Source: Candidatus Omnitrophota bacterium (lineage in GTDB: Bacteria; Omnitrophota; Gorgyraeia; B26-G9). From it: a DNA stretch of 64,000 nucleotides. The notes under the pieces are model-generated. The model saw nothing but the letters and a program-made list of their open reading frames with translations. It made no database searches and was not told where the DNA came from. This document shows positions 22,501 through 37,500 of this stretch, piece after piece; positions within the stretch are counted from its first letter, which is position 1, and each line of letters begins with the position of its first letter. A program made the translations under genes and the position numbers. The stretch lies in assembly GCA_043826565.1 (NCBI GenBank), contig JBDRPX010000003.1:3614-67613 (forward strand). The letters are read 5' to 3'.

Positions 22501-25500
22501 AACGGCCAGCCGAAACTTGGTATTGAAGCCCGTCAGAGAGTTGAAAAAGATGATGTGTTCCGGCAGGCCATAGGTGTTGCCGAAGATATCGACAGAGTAA
22601 CCAGCGGTGTGGATAAATTAAGAGAAAGCGAAGATGCTTTAAGCCGCGCGCTTGTCTATACACTGCGGAACAATTCACAGTTTTATGACACGATGATCGA
22701 AGCCCGGAAGAATGTTGTCGAAGGGTTTAGCCGCTGGGTAGCTGCGGTGGAAGCCCGTTACGGCGGTTCTATAGACACCGCTCAGGTGGAAGCGGAAATT
22801 AAAAAGCGCTTTTCTATTGATCTGGGCATTGATTTTACTTTGGAGCGCCGGGGAAGCCGCGAAGGGGATGAGCTGGCTTTGATCAGATTAAAAAGAGGTA
22901 TGGATCAGAGCAAAATCGTGATGCGCGATGCCATGAACGCGGTGACAAAAGCATATATTGATCTAGTTCAGGCAAAAATGGCTTATGAAGCTATGGATAG
23001 TTCCCGGGTGCGGGAATTGATCGCCGGGTCGGATAGTGAACAGGCTGTGCGCAGTTTGCAGGCGGAGACCACCAGATTAAGGACCGAATTTGAATTGCGC
23101 CGGGGCGCGTTTATCCGGTTGACTGGTATGTCGGAAAAAGAAGTGGATACGATCGTCGCCGCGGTTCCGAAAGTAGAAGTTCCGGAACGCGATGTTCCCA
23201 AAGTTATGGAAGTAGTCAATAAACAGATCCAGATCATGACGGCTCAGTGGGTACCCTTAATGCAGAGCGTGGAAGTAAAAGCGGAATTAAAGAAAGATTC
23301 TTTCCTGCGCAAATTATTCTTCTGGATTCCGGTCAAGAAAATCACGGTAGGATTTAATCCTTCGGATACAGCGTTCCAGATCGGTGATTTTGGTGTGCGT
23401 ATGAGCATACCGCTTACAGTTTATGAAGACGGAGCGGCAAAGAAGGAACGAGAACTTCCAGTTACCGTAGAAGGAAGAGCTTTGACCAGAGAGCAAAGAG
23501 ATTATATTCGGCAGTCCCAGTTTACTATGGGGGTTCTTCCGGAAAAAATGAGACTTACGGATATTACCTTAGGACAATTACGGCAGAGTGAACCTGTGGT
23601 TTTAGGAAGCTTGGAGAGCGCGGTAACCGCATATAATAATGTTCTTGCTTCCAGTGAAACAAATATATGGAGTCAGTTTGAACAGGCATCACGTGCTCTT
23701 TTTGAGAATATTAATCTCACCTTAGATCAGGCAGCTTACAGATCACATTTAGAAAATGAAAGAAAATATTATGAAACACTCCTGCCGGATAAAGACCGGG
23801 AAAAATTAGCTGCTGCGGTAACTCAAGTTACTTCTTCGCCGGCAACCGGTACAAATTTAGAAGAGATATTCAGAACTCACGTTGCTCCGACAAATATTAG
23901 TTTGGCTAATGCCCAGGATAAACTGGATATGGCTCGTCAGATACAGGGGGCAGGGTCTTCCAGTTGGTTTAAGGAATTAGTTGTTGATATCGGCCCGGGA
24001 ATTAGTGTGGGTAAGCCGACGGTATTACCGAGCGTGAATTTGGTTTTTGACCGGGCTCCTCAGGAACGTACTGCTCAGCGCGGATTAAGATCTCTCAGCC
24101 GGGAGCAGGAGACAGCTGTTGTTGCGGCGGAATTAAAAGGACGTTTCTTAGTGGCTTATTTAGATTATAAACGCGCGGAACAGTATCTGGCGTATTTAAG
24201 AAGCCAAAAATCTGATCAACCGACGGTGATTGCTGAGATCGGACAGGTGGAAAGAAATCTGGTGGAACGTAAAGCCGCTTTAAATTATATGCTCGGCCAG
24301 CCGTTTGACGCGGAAATTAAAATCAATCTTTCCTATGCCGAGGTAGAAGGGCAGATGGAAGCGTTATTCGGAACTTCTTTTGATAAGACAGTCTTAGAAG
24401 AAGAAGTTGCCCGGATTAAGATCAGAATTTTAGAAAAGCAATTAGAGATATTGGAAAAAGGCGGTACGGTTCGTCTGGATCTGCCGATTTCGGAAATCAT
24501 TGCTTCGGTTTCTTCGGCAAACCCCGGGCCTTTAGTCTGGTGGGCCGGAGTTAAAGTAGTTAACTGGTTTGTCTGGACATTCAGCGGAGCTAAAGAAAGA
24601 AACGAATCTGAGCAGAGGCAGTTAGTCAATAATGAAATTGCCAAAGCCCGTACGCAATTACAGCAGAGTATTACATTCGCTCAGGTATATAAAGCTCAGG
24701 CGATATCTGATACCGTATATGCCGACGATGATTATGAACAGGCAAAAGCCAGAGTGAGCACACAATTGTACGGTGTTTCCGATGCCGCTGCTGATCCGAA
24801 TCGAACACGCGGTTCTCCGGGACAGGTGCGTATGAGTATTGCTGGTTTTATCGGTAAAGTTGTAGAAAATGATATTCAGGTTACGATTGCCTTTAACAAC
24901 TTAGAATCGGCAAAGCGTGGTACCGGAGTAGATATTATCCCTTCAGTCCGGCCGCGCGGTTTTGAAGAAACCGGGATGAGATTTGGTTCTGATACGACTC
25001 TTTATACCGGCGTATTAGAACTCTTTCCGAATATCGAATACACTTACTTAAGCGATCAGCAGCGATCAGTATTAGAAATTAAAGCAACCGAACGTTTATT
25101 CAGAGCGGCTGTTGATAAAGCCCGTGCGGAAGCCACTTCACTTTTATACCAGCTTGCCTTGATCAATGATATTAGACAATCAATTCCGGGAAGTCAGGAT
25201 ATGGAAGCATTGATTAAACAGCAAAAAACCCTGGAAAAACGTTTAAAAGAATTAGCCCGGGTTGCTCCGGAAGCAGATTTGCAGATCGTGGATATGAATA
25301 CCTTGTCTTTGCAGACACTTGATTATTCACAGGCACAGATCGATGCGATGTCTGTTCCTATTCAGACCGCGCCGGAAATAGAGGCCTTGCAAGCCAGAGT
25401 TGATCAGCAGGTCATTATTGTTAATAATTTATTGAGAAGATTGGGCACTGTAACTCCGCGAACCTTGATCGCTCATATCGGCGGCGGGGATATCAGTGAT

Positions 25501-28500
25501 TTTGCCATGGGGCAGTATTTTGAAATACCGCGGGCCGCGGATATTGCCGATCAGATCCGGCCGCATGTTTACCGGATGATGGAAGATAAACTCCAGCAGG
25601 AAAAATTAACAAATAATCTTACCGCGGAAATACGGACCGCGATCAGTGACCTGAATGCCTATATGCAGCGCATGATCACCAGTAAAGCGGCGATGATGAG
25701 TTTCTACCGGGAATATTTAGCAAGTTTACAGCAGGTCAAGGATAAGCGGCTTACACAGCAAGAGCTTCAGGCTGCGGTTGATCAGTTTACCCGGCATCTA
25801 AAAGCTTATCTGGATAATGTCAATGCTTATCAGACCCGGTTCCATCATCTAAGCGCGGCTTTGAACATGGCGGGTATTGATACAGATACGCTTAGTTCGG
25901 GAACCCCGGCTGTATCCATGACGTCAAAACCGCGTTTCTTTGAATCATTACAGAGACTGGGAGTTAAAGCGGAAGATCAGCAGCGTTTGCTTTCTCCGGA
26001 AGAAGTCAGCACCAGTTTAAAAGCCGCGGAAAGTGATATTATTGTGCAGTTGAGACAGCTTAAAAACCAGATGCATGGAGATAGACAGCAGGTCATGGAG
26101 CTTATTATCGCCAGATATGAAGATATGCTCTCGGCATATCCTGTGGTGGTTAATTCTGTTTTAACTAAAGATGATTATTTTGAAGTAACCGATGAATTTG
26201 TCCGGGTTCAGATTATTCCTTTATATGAACAGCTGGTAGATATTGCTTATGATCAGGCAACGCCTTATGCGGTGCGGCAGAAGCTGGTTAAACTTATCGG
26301 CGAGGATGTTATTAAATACAAAGTGTTATTACGCGAATACCCGCGTGAAGTTGCCCAGGCGGTAATGGTTGAAGATACAATAAAGAAAATATTTGCCAGC
26401 TATAGTTCTCTCATGGGCCAGCTTGTCAGGGGCAGGGCTTTGACTGCCGGACAGCAGGCGGAATTGCAGGATGAGCTTGATGCTTTAAAACAATGGCAGT
26501 TAATTAGTCCGGTGTATAAAAAGCATAATATTGATAAGCAGGATTTACAGAATAAGATTGATGCGGAGCGTATTCTTTGGAATGCCGGTATCCGCCAGAC
26601 CACGATGAGTAATGAAGCTAATCTTCCTGACGCGGAAATCCCGCCGCATTTAGACGCGACTTTGCAGCCGGTTTATGAAACTCCTTTACAGATGATCCAG
26701 GCGGGAGTTCGTAAGGATGAATTAAGTGACCAGTTAAGAACTCAGAATTTTGACCTTGCGGTTGTGGATTGGGCCAGAGGAAACCGCTACAGCGTACTTA
26801 ATTACTTCAGATCGGTCGAAGAATTTGAAGCTTATCTCGCGAAGCATAAATTAAAAATGGAATTTTACGCGGAACTTTCTCCGCTTGAAGCGGCGGAAAA
26901 TCCCCTGGGCCGGGGCGCCAGACTATCCCGTTTTGAACTTGCTCCGCTGGAACGAAATAATATTTCTTATCAGGTATTTATTGTCAGAGAAGACGGAACA
27001 ACTCTGGGCAAGGTTGAATTCAGCAGTGAAATGCTTAAAGATAAGATCGAAAAAAAGCAGGCCTATATCCGGGCTCAGCATGCTCAGGCAGACCAGATGC
27101 TTAATGCCGGTTATGCGGTGCAGATGAGTACAAATCCGAATTATCCGGGATTCTGGGAAACTAAAGTTAGAGATTGGCAGGCCGCGGAGATCATGCCGGA
27201 AGTTGATCTAAAGGATAAATTACCTAAACTTAATGAGCAGGGTTTCCCGATTTTATATCTGGTTACTACAGATGCCCAGGGAGTACAGGTCAAGATCGAA
27301 ATCGGTGCGTACCGTTATATCCAGGGTAAATTGGTGGAAGTTAATCCGGATGAAGAAGATGTTAAATTTATCATTAAATCAACCATAAAGAATAATGACC
27401 CGGAAACCGGAGATCTGATACTTTTCGGAGTTAAGGCTATAGAAAGAAGAATCGCTCTGGTTACTTATGGTGAATATCTTACCCGGCTAAAAGCGATGAA
27501 TATGGCGGATTCAATTAAAGCCGGGGAACTGTGGAAAAAATTTGAAACTCTAACTCCCTTATTCGGGGCGATTACCGAAAGCTATCAGGCGGTCGGTGTT
27601 TCCCGGGTTGGGTTTAATCTGTGGATGGCTTTAAGCGGCTTAGGTTTGCCGAATACTCCAAAAGAAGAAGATATCCTGAATTTCTTTAAACAGAAATGGG
27701 GCGAAGACGATTACGAAAAATTCGTAAAGTTTATCATGGAAGCGCCGAATCCTTCGGATCCGGAACACGAGAAAAAATTATACGAGCATATTAACAGAAC
27801 CCTAGGTTTAAAAACCAAGCAGGAGATCGCTTACGCGAAATGGGTTCTTTACATGGTTGATAGTATCGCGGAGAGCACCGGTAAGACCAGAAATGATGAC
27901 GGCTTATTAAAAGGAGTCTTCTCTTATTTCCGCGGCACAGAAATAAACTTAATGACAATTGCCGGAGATGTATTTAAAGTAACCGATGCTCAAGGGGTAA
28001 AATTCTTAGGTAGAGGGATTACTGCCAGTACCGAAGGATGGCAGCGTTTAGCTACAGCTTATGGAATAACTTTTGATGTTTCCAGTTTATTTGATGTAAT
28101 CCTTACGGATAAAGAATTCCGGGATGTTAATTATGAGGATCTAATCCGTACCTATGCTTTTGGTTATCCGAAATTCGGCAATCCTGCGGATCAGCGTAAA
28201 TATCTCGGTCAATTAATGAATTCTTATGCTTTTGGTATGACCGTAAAACGTGACGGCGGATTCTTAGGCATTGGCGCTAAGACCGAACATTTATTCGGCC
28301 GGGTTTATCAGGATAAAGATGAGTTTAATAGGGCGAATCTGCAAAGAGTCGGCATGATCAGGCTGGCTAAACTGGGAATTGGATGGCCGGTTTATATTAG
28401 CCGTACGCCCGCAACTAATCCTAATACCGGAGCAGTGGAAGTAAGAGAAGAGATCATAATATTCGGCTTAAGAGGATACCATGATAGGCAGACAGAGTTA

Positions 28501-31500
28501 GCTGAAGAAAGCCTTAATAATGCGCATACTTATATCAGCGGACAACAAGGAGAGGGTTTAGTTATCGCCAATACCTATGGCCGAAGCGCGCCGATTGTCC
28601 GCGAGCAAACAGGATCTTTAGATCAGCCGGCACAGCGTCAGCAGATATATGATTTCTTATCATCGAATATAAACGGCCAAAGCGGAACAATTGCCGAGCA
28701 GCATCGTTTTAGCGGTGATAAAGGATTTACTCAGGATGAAGGCCAGGGAACTTTATACGGCAATTCTTTAACCGGATTTGTCTTTGATCTGGTGGACGCA
28801 AGATTAGAACAGCAGGCAATTACGGATTATGTCGTGGATACTCCGAGCTTAATGGTCTATCGTCATGATCCGACTTCTAAGCAGAGAAGCAGAACGAGGT
28901 TGATCGGCATATCTGATTCTTTTGATACCGCTTCTTATACCGGCCGTCCGGAGGAATTGTACGCGACAACCGGTCCGCAGGCATATTATGGCAAGAGATT
29001 ACTCGCGGAATATCAGAGAACCGGAGATAAGAAATATTTAGACCAGGCTTTGGTGATTTACGGATTGCTTAGGGAACGCCAGGTTGCTAACGGCGGTTTT
29101 ATAAAGGCTCCGCAGCGCGGGGATCTCCGGGATAGAGAAGAGGATCAGGATAAGATCATCTCTGGTGAAGAAAATATTGCGGCGCTCAGCTTCTTAAGAG
29201 ATCTTGCGGAAATTATCAAAGGTGATAAACAGTACCGAAAAATTAATAAAGATCTGAGCACAAGATTACATAATGCGGTTAATTTTGTGTATTCATCATT
29301 ATATGACAAACAGACAAATACTTTTACCCGCGGGTTAAACTTTGAGGATAATCAATGGCGCAGGGACGGTGTTATGGCCATAGATGTGCTTAATTTATTG
29401 ATCTTAGAAGAGGGCGCGGATAATCTCGCGCAGCGCATCGGCGCGGATAATCTTATCGTGTTATGGGACCAGAAAGAACGTACAACGCTTGCTGCGGTAA
29501 CAACACAGCGTGCTGACGGAACCAGTGTTACGGTTACCGGTCATGACTGGACAGATAGTACCGGCCGGGGAGATCGTGCTGCCGCGGTGTTTGTCGAACA
29601 GACTTTTATTGATTCTTTAGCGCATTTGGAAATGGCGGCATTATTTAAAAACGCGGGTAATGCGGCTCGTGCGCAGCAGGAATTAAATACCTATAAAACT
29701 CATTTAAGTGAATGTGATAAACTGGCGGTTCATGTCGAAGGCAGAGGAGTTGTTTATCCGTATGCGTCTATGAGCGGGATTAAGCCGTTTAGCGATTCAA
29801 ATCGGATAATCCCGGAGCATTTTGGTAATACTTCCGCTACAGCCTGGGGATTCTTTGCTAAATCCCGGTATAATCTTTTTGGTAATAGAACCCTGGATGC
29901 GGATACTGTTATTGATCGAGTTACTCCGAGTTTTACGAATACTTTGGCCGGCCGGATCCGGGAAGAAGCCGCCAGGCAGATAGAATTATTACCGAATAGA
30001 ATGCAGAACGCGGTGAATGGTTCCTATGAGAAAAAATTAACTTCCGGCCGTCAGTCAATTGATCAGGCCGTAGAAAAATTAGAAGCTTTAATGCTCCGCG
30101 CGGCGGATGATATTACTCCGAGTGTTGATGAAGATTACTTGATCGCTTTTGATAATGAAGCAAGTATATATTGGTTCTGGAGCGCGGAACAGCAGAAAGT
30201 TGTGGAAGTGACCATGATTGCTGATAGCGAGAGTATTAAACGTGACCTGGCGAATCTGCAATTATCTTATGAATACGCCAAATTGCGGCAGTCCATGCGG
30301 CAGGACAATCTAAGTGGTTTGGAAATTACAAGTATTGACGGTGCTCCCATACGTTTACCCAGCGAATTGAACACGCAAACATTAGACGGCCAGCCGTTCC
30401 ATATTCCGGCAGGTTCCGCCGGTGTTGTCATCGGTCATGATCTGCTTTTAAGAAAACTCAATGAAATTGACGCATTGCCTTTAGCGCAGCAGCGTCAAAT
30501 CGAACGCCGCGGCTGGATGCTGGTCGATACTCTCGGCAATATCCTGGGTACGGATGATAAAACACCGGTTCGGGTTCGTTTATTATTCCCTTCAGGCAGT
30601 TGGCAGAGAACCAGAAATAATCCGGATACCGGAGTAGAGGAGACATTACATTTTAGAGGCGGATATGGTTTAGAAAAAGTGGTTACGGATAATTATACTT
30701 CTATAACAAGTTATAATGAGGTCGGCCTTGCAAACCGGGTAATTACTTTTAAACGAGATGCCGGAGAAGAACCAAAAGTAAGAGAGCTTACCGGAAATGC
30801 GCTTGATGAATTCATCATGACCGGTAACTTTAAAGAAATTGCCGGAGTAATTGAAATAAGAAATATTACCGCCCAGGATTTTAAAGGCAGTATTGTTTTA
30901 GCTGATTTAGAGCCGGTAGTCGAAGAGTTTGTCAGAACGCATAGACAATATCTAATTGCCAGAGGTACTCTAAAGCGTGATAGTACCGCGGAAGAAAGAA
31001 AAGCGCTGGTGAAGACAATGTCCGCGGATTTACAGCAGCAGCTTATAGCTAACGGTTATTTAAATGAAAACGGAGATATTTTAGATAAATTTAAAATATT
31101 GCCTGATTCTACCGCGCTTAATATTTCTGATGAATTTACCAGGATGCGGGAAGCTGTTTATAACCGCGTTCTTCGTGCTCTTGATTGGCACAGGATCGGA
31201 TATAGCGTGGATAACCCGGTATTAAACGCGCAGCAGTTGGAAGTATTTACTCCGGCTTCCCGCCAGGCGACCTGGACAATTACCGATACGAAAGTTAAAC
31301 TGGCTTTTCCCAATGAATTCGGACATGTTCAGAGAGCGGATATCTGGCATCAGGATGGAACGATGGATCAGCCGAAGCGCGGTATTTTAGGCTGGCAGGA
31401 AACAACCCTAAACCGGGATAAAACAAATCATGAATTGACAATCCACAGTATTAATCTGCTGAATGACCGGGAAAAAGATACGGTTTTTGATTTATCCTAT

Positions 31501-34500
31501 GCCGGCCGGGAATTGCGCAATAGCATTGCCGGTGCCAATAGAAGACACACCATGCATTATGAGGATGATCATTATTTAGGCCTGGTTCCGAGACTGATCG
31601 ATATCGACGGATTTAATACCGGCAACAGATTAGGATATATTGATATTCGTCCCGGCGGTTATGATCGGGATCAGCGTATGACAACCGGTTATCATTATGA
31701 TGTCAGCAAGATCAATGGTATCGGAACAACCATAACTGATTTTGATAAGGTCAGGCGCGGTGTTCCGACGATGATGATCTGGGATTATCATTATGAATCT
31801 CCGGTTCAGATCCACAGTGCCTTGAGGTCCACTTTTATCGAACATAATCGATATGAAACAGCCTATGATACTCAAAAGAGAGTCCGCGTGCTTAACCTTG
31901 GCAATACCGGAGAGATTATTGAAACCGGTAATGCTTCCTATAATAAGGGAGCAAAACAATGGACAGAAAATACTACTGTATTCCATACTCAAGCTCAGGG
32001 TATTGTAAGCCGCACTCAGCGCAGCCAAAGTAATATCTATGGTAAGCAGAACGCGGTATGGACAGGCAGTGAATTAATGCGTGTTCCGGCATATAACCCT
32101 GACGATATCGAGATCAGGACCGATACCTTCCGGGTAAATCCGGCTAATGGTGAATATGATCTTCTCTACCGTGTGGATGATACTTATGCCTGGAGCAATA
32201 TGCGGCGTACCGCACGTTCGCGTGTTTTTGTTGATGGAAAGCAGTATTCGACAACTTCCATACAGCAGGATATAGAAGGAAGAGATGAATTTTTGACCGT
32301 TACGTTTGATGATCTGATATTCGGCGATTTGATCATTGCCAGAACGACCAATACTTATGACGGAGCGACGGAGCGCAGAAAACAATCAGTTACGGATGTT
32401 AACGGAACGACCAGGACAACAAATGATACAACTGGAGTTACTAAACTTCCGGATGGAAGCTTTATTGAACAAGTTCGGATAACTCCGGCATATGGAATGT
32501 CCCGTGAAGCATTATTTCCGATAACCAATAATTATTACGGCCGGCATTTACGCGAAACCTTGGCCAATGGATATTTTGCTCTGCCGGAATGGATCGAAGG
32601 TACCGGTCTTGCCAGAAATGTGGTCTTAAGTAAGCCGGACGGAACAGTAGTCAATATTTTTGGTAAGAGACTGCATACAGAATTACCGAATAGCGATTAT
32701 GATGAATCCTATATCTACCGCAATGCCGTATTTGATCCGCAGAATAGAATGTCGGAAGATAATATGCTTATGAGCACAAAGGCGATGTATCCGGGCACAG
32801 AATTGGGATTATATAGTATTGCCGGAAAAGAACAGACTTATTTTAATCTGCTGGTTCCTTTTGAATATCCGCTGGTAACCCGCTACGCCGAACAGGGCGG
32901 ATTCAGAGCTCAATTGCACAGAATGTATGATCCTAATGTAACAGCACAGATTAATCGGGTTACCCGGGTATATCAACAGCCGGAAACTCCGGAAGGAGCT
33001 ATCCCGGCCGGCGGAGAAATGCTGGATTTAAGAGATATTGATCTGAGAGGTTTTAAACCGCGGAAGGTCACGGAAAAATCTCAGGATATTCTGGGCGGAT
33101 TAACCGGTTTACAATGGGGAATCACCGAGATCGCTCCCCGGGCGGTCTATGACGGAGCGGATATATTATCCCGTACGGTTACTGAAGAAATAGAAAAAGT
33201 AGGATTTACCTATGCTGCCGGTTTTCTTGTCGATAGAAACAACGGAGAGTATGGATTTGCCGCTTCCAGACAGACAGCGCAGGATATCCCGATTAATCAG
33301 GGTGCCTCAACAGCACAGGATAAAGAGCGGGAAATTCCTACGGCAATGACGATTAAAAAGCTTGACGGAGGAGCATTCCGTACAATTAACCTTACCTTAG
33401 ATAGAGTTTCCCGTAATAATCCTTATTTTCCTTATGTAAAAGGTATGGAATGGAGAGTATATCGAGTAGAGCGGGAAATGGTCAGCGGTAAAAAAGGATA
33501 TACCTCGGAGTATTGGTTTGATGTCCGCGGTAATATGTGGTGCATGATCGATTCTGATTTTGAAGAAGCTGAAGATTACAGTTTGTTTGGTTTTATGAAA
33601 GGGAAAAAAGAAAAAGTAGACCGAAAGAGAATTGTCTATCGTTTACCGGCATCGGAAGAGTATCTTGAGAATTTCCGGCGGGATGCTTTATCTGATCCGA
33701 ATAAATATGTGTTTAGCCGGCCGGATAATTTTGAACTTGCGCAATCTTATTTTCTGGGTTTTTATGTTGGCGATATTGATGTGCAGGAACTTGTGATCAA
33801 AGATGCCAGCGGTAAGGAAGTCCGGGTTGTGCACGGTAAGCCGGATTATAAAAACGGCGTTGCTCCGTTCTATAACCCGCTGATCAGCAGAGAATATGTG
33901 CCCAAGAGTGAAGAGCCGACACGCATTGTTATGGCGGAAGTCGATTCTGATGACTGGGCGAATAATAATGTCTGCATGGTTTCCAGTACTCAGCTGGCTA
34001 AAGCCGGCCTGGATATTTCCCGTATTGTTTCGGTAACGGTAAATTATCAAAGACAAACCGATACCAGCGGCCGTGAAAAACAAGGATGGATTTCCGAAAT
34101 GATTCTCATGGATAATCATGCTTCCGGGAATCGTCAGGTCAAGATGGAAGAGTTTGCCAACCGGACAATGGTTAACCGTAAGGGTATTAATAATGAGCTG
34201 ATAGTTGTCGAACGGCAGAAACCGGAAACGCTTATTGAGCAGGACCCGCTTTTCGGCCGGGATACAACTTATCAGATCTTTTTTAAAGATAAGAATTTGA
34301 AACTGGTTATTTATAACCGCGCGGAAAAGGTCCAGAAATATCCGTTTATGCTGGTCATTGATACGACTCAGCCGGATATGCCTAAACCATTATACGCTTT
34401 ATCTCCGCAGGACGGTGAATTCTACCGCATCAGCGGAGTGCAGGTTGACGGAGACAGGTTGAAGCTGGAAGCTATGCCGATCGGATTCCTGGCTCCGGAA

Positions 34501-37500
34501 TGGTATAATTATAATCCGAATGTTATTACTTTTGAGGTTCCGGAAGAAGTTATTTACGGAGTGGAAAACGCGGTGGAAGTAAAAGCCGGCCGCAGTGATT
34601 CTCTGAACCGGATCTCTTCTAATTTCTTCAGCTGGGCGTATAATAAAGTCGCGCATGGCGATAATTCCTTTAGTGACAGTATTCGTGACGCGGTACAGCT
34701 GGCCGAAGAAATGGATAAATTATATTTATTAGCGGAATCTTTTGTCGATACTGACCTGCCGCTTCCTTCGGCAGCGGCTAAGCCGATCACAATTACTCCC
34801 AGTGATGTTTTGCGGGAAAAGATCACGCCTCATGAAAACGGTCTGATCCTGCACGGAGAAGGAAATCATTATGTAAATACAGGAAAAGAAGCGCAGATGA
34901 TCCTGGAGCTTTTACGTATCGGTTACGTCGGACAGGCAAAGAGCGCGCTGGATTTTTATTGGCTTCGTTTTTATGAGGGCGGTTTGGATATGGTTTCCGG
35001 AACTTATGATGTTGAGTCCGGGGAACCGATCGAGGATGATGTGCGTTTTATCAGAAAGCCGTTCGCGGAAATGACCAGTGATGACCAAATGGCGATTGCC
35101 CGGGCCGCGCTGGCTTATTATGAAAGAACCGGCGATCAGAAATATTACGATCTGGCCAGAGATATCACGATGAGTGTACTGCGTTTATTCTATGTCGGAA
35201 AGATCACTCCGGAAGAAGCCGGCCCATCGCAATTAACGGGATTTGGCGAAGGAGTAAAAGGCCTGGCGAATGCGTACTTTAATCTGGATGAATCAGAAAC
35301 CCCAAAATTTAGACAGACTGATGATCCGCTGGCTTATGGGATTACCAAATACAGATATCGTCCGGACACATCTTTTGTTGACGGTTTTGCGAAATGGGCC
35401 CGTCCGGAAAAATATGAGATAGGTACTCAGCGCACTGCGTATCAGCTGTTAAGACGTTTGAGTACTCATGAGCGGGGAACTGATTTTGGCCGGGAGATCG
35501 CTACTCACTTAGGAGAATTAGAATCCTGGTTTGAAGAGTTTAAAAAACGATATGCCCAAAACGGAGTTGTCCCTAAAGGGATAACGGAAATTATTGAAGT
35601 TAATACCAATACTTCGGCATTGTCCAAAGAGGTTTGGACATCTTCCGCCGACTGGCTGGCCTATATAGAGCAGATGTATGATATTTACACAAAGGATGGC
35701 ATTTTTACTGATGAGGAAAAAGAATATTTAAATACTTGTCTGGACAATTTAAGAAAAGCGCATGGTTTTGAGATTAACGGGTATTGGGGGCTGGATTTTG
35801 GTATACCTTTGAGCCGTTCGCCGGCAATATCACCGGCTTTAACCTACCGGTTTATGAAAATAGCCGAATCTGTGGGCCATGAAAATACTAAGGCAATGGC
35901 CGCGATGGCCTCGGATTCTTTATTCCGCATCAAGCGGGATCTTGGATTTATCCCGGAAGTTTATACTGCTTCCGGAGCCGAACATGTATTAACTTTCCAG
36001 AGAAAAGGAGAGGCTGTCCGCAGGATTAACGGAGAATACGCCGAAGACATATTAACCAGCCTGCGTTTTGTTATTCCGCTGGCTGAGCCGGAAATGCCGG
36101 AACCGGAAACTCTGGGAAGGCAAACTTTATGGACTGCTTTATGGCAGAGAAACGCGGATTTCTGGAAATCTTACGGTTATAAAACTCCGGATCAAATAAA
36201 AGTGAATACCTTAATTAGCGGCACTTTGGTATTTCTGATCATTTGGAGCATGATGTGGTGGACATATTGGAAGATAAAACACAGTAAAAAAACACTGGAT
36301 AAAAAATACGCGAAGTCTAAAGAAAAAGGCGCGTTGATCTATGAAAATCCGAGTATACTGGCAGAGCAGGCGAGAATTGACGCGATGTTCACTCCGGCCG
36401 CGCCGGCGGAAAGTATGTTTAACGGCAGGGTTAATACCGGAGAACTGATCGCGCCTTTTACCGGAGAAATAGAAGCGCGGATCAATGCGGATCATGCTTT
36501 GCTGGAGATCAGAAAGAAAGGGAAAATAGAGCAGGCAAAAAATACGCTATTAAATCTTTTAATTGCCGACCTTGTTTCCCGCGGTTATATTGTGGATTCC
36601 GGCGGAGTAACTAACGCGTTCCTGGCATTATCCGGGCCGGAAGATATGAACTTAAATGACGTATATATGGGGCAGAGGGCCGAGATCTATAAGCTCATCA
36701 AAGCGGCGGCAGATAAATACCGCGGGGATGCGAACCGGCAAAAATATTTAGATGAGTTGAAAGGCCGGGAAGAAGAGCTTAAAAGAGTATTTTTCAGTGA
36801 CGGCCCGGTAGAAGGCAACTTCCTGGCGAATTTAAAAGTATTGTATCAGTTTATCTGGGCCTGGAGAAAAGACGTGCTCCGCAGCAAACTTGCCGAAGAA
36901 GAGGGCCTTACGGATCTTAGCGAAGCAGAGCTTGAAGAACGTTTATATAGTTCTAATGACCAATGGCTCAACGGACTAGGCGAATATTCTCTGGTCATCT
37001 CACTTATATTAAGGAAGATAATTTTTGACCGGAATAAAGACAGTAAGTTAAGTGAAGACGGAAATAAATTTAAATCACGGCTTGACCGTTATCTTGGTGA
37101 ATACGCGTTTAATATTAGAAATCTTTTAGCGGATATGAAAGATGACCCGCAGGCGCTTAATGACCAGATGGAACTTGTGTTAAGGGATATGGGAATTGCT
37201 CCGCGGGAAGATAAAGTCGCCATGGTCAAAAATAATAAGTGGATAGATATTATTTTAAAAGCCGGCGATTGGCGGGGATGGAGCGCCTGGAAAAATTTAA
37301 ATATCCCTGAGGAAAATCCCGAGAAATTCTGGGATTCTTATCAGGCTTTTAAACAGCGAGAGGGAAGTGATATCCTGGCATTGCGTTCCTGGTTCTATGA
37401 CCTGATGTCCATTTTCCCGCATTTATTAGCTTTAGCGATCAGTATTATTGCCGCAAGCAGTGGACAGTTCGGTGCCGGCTCGATATTTACCTATATCAGC

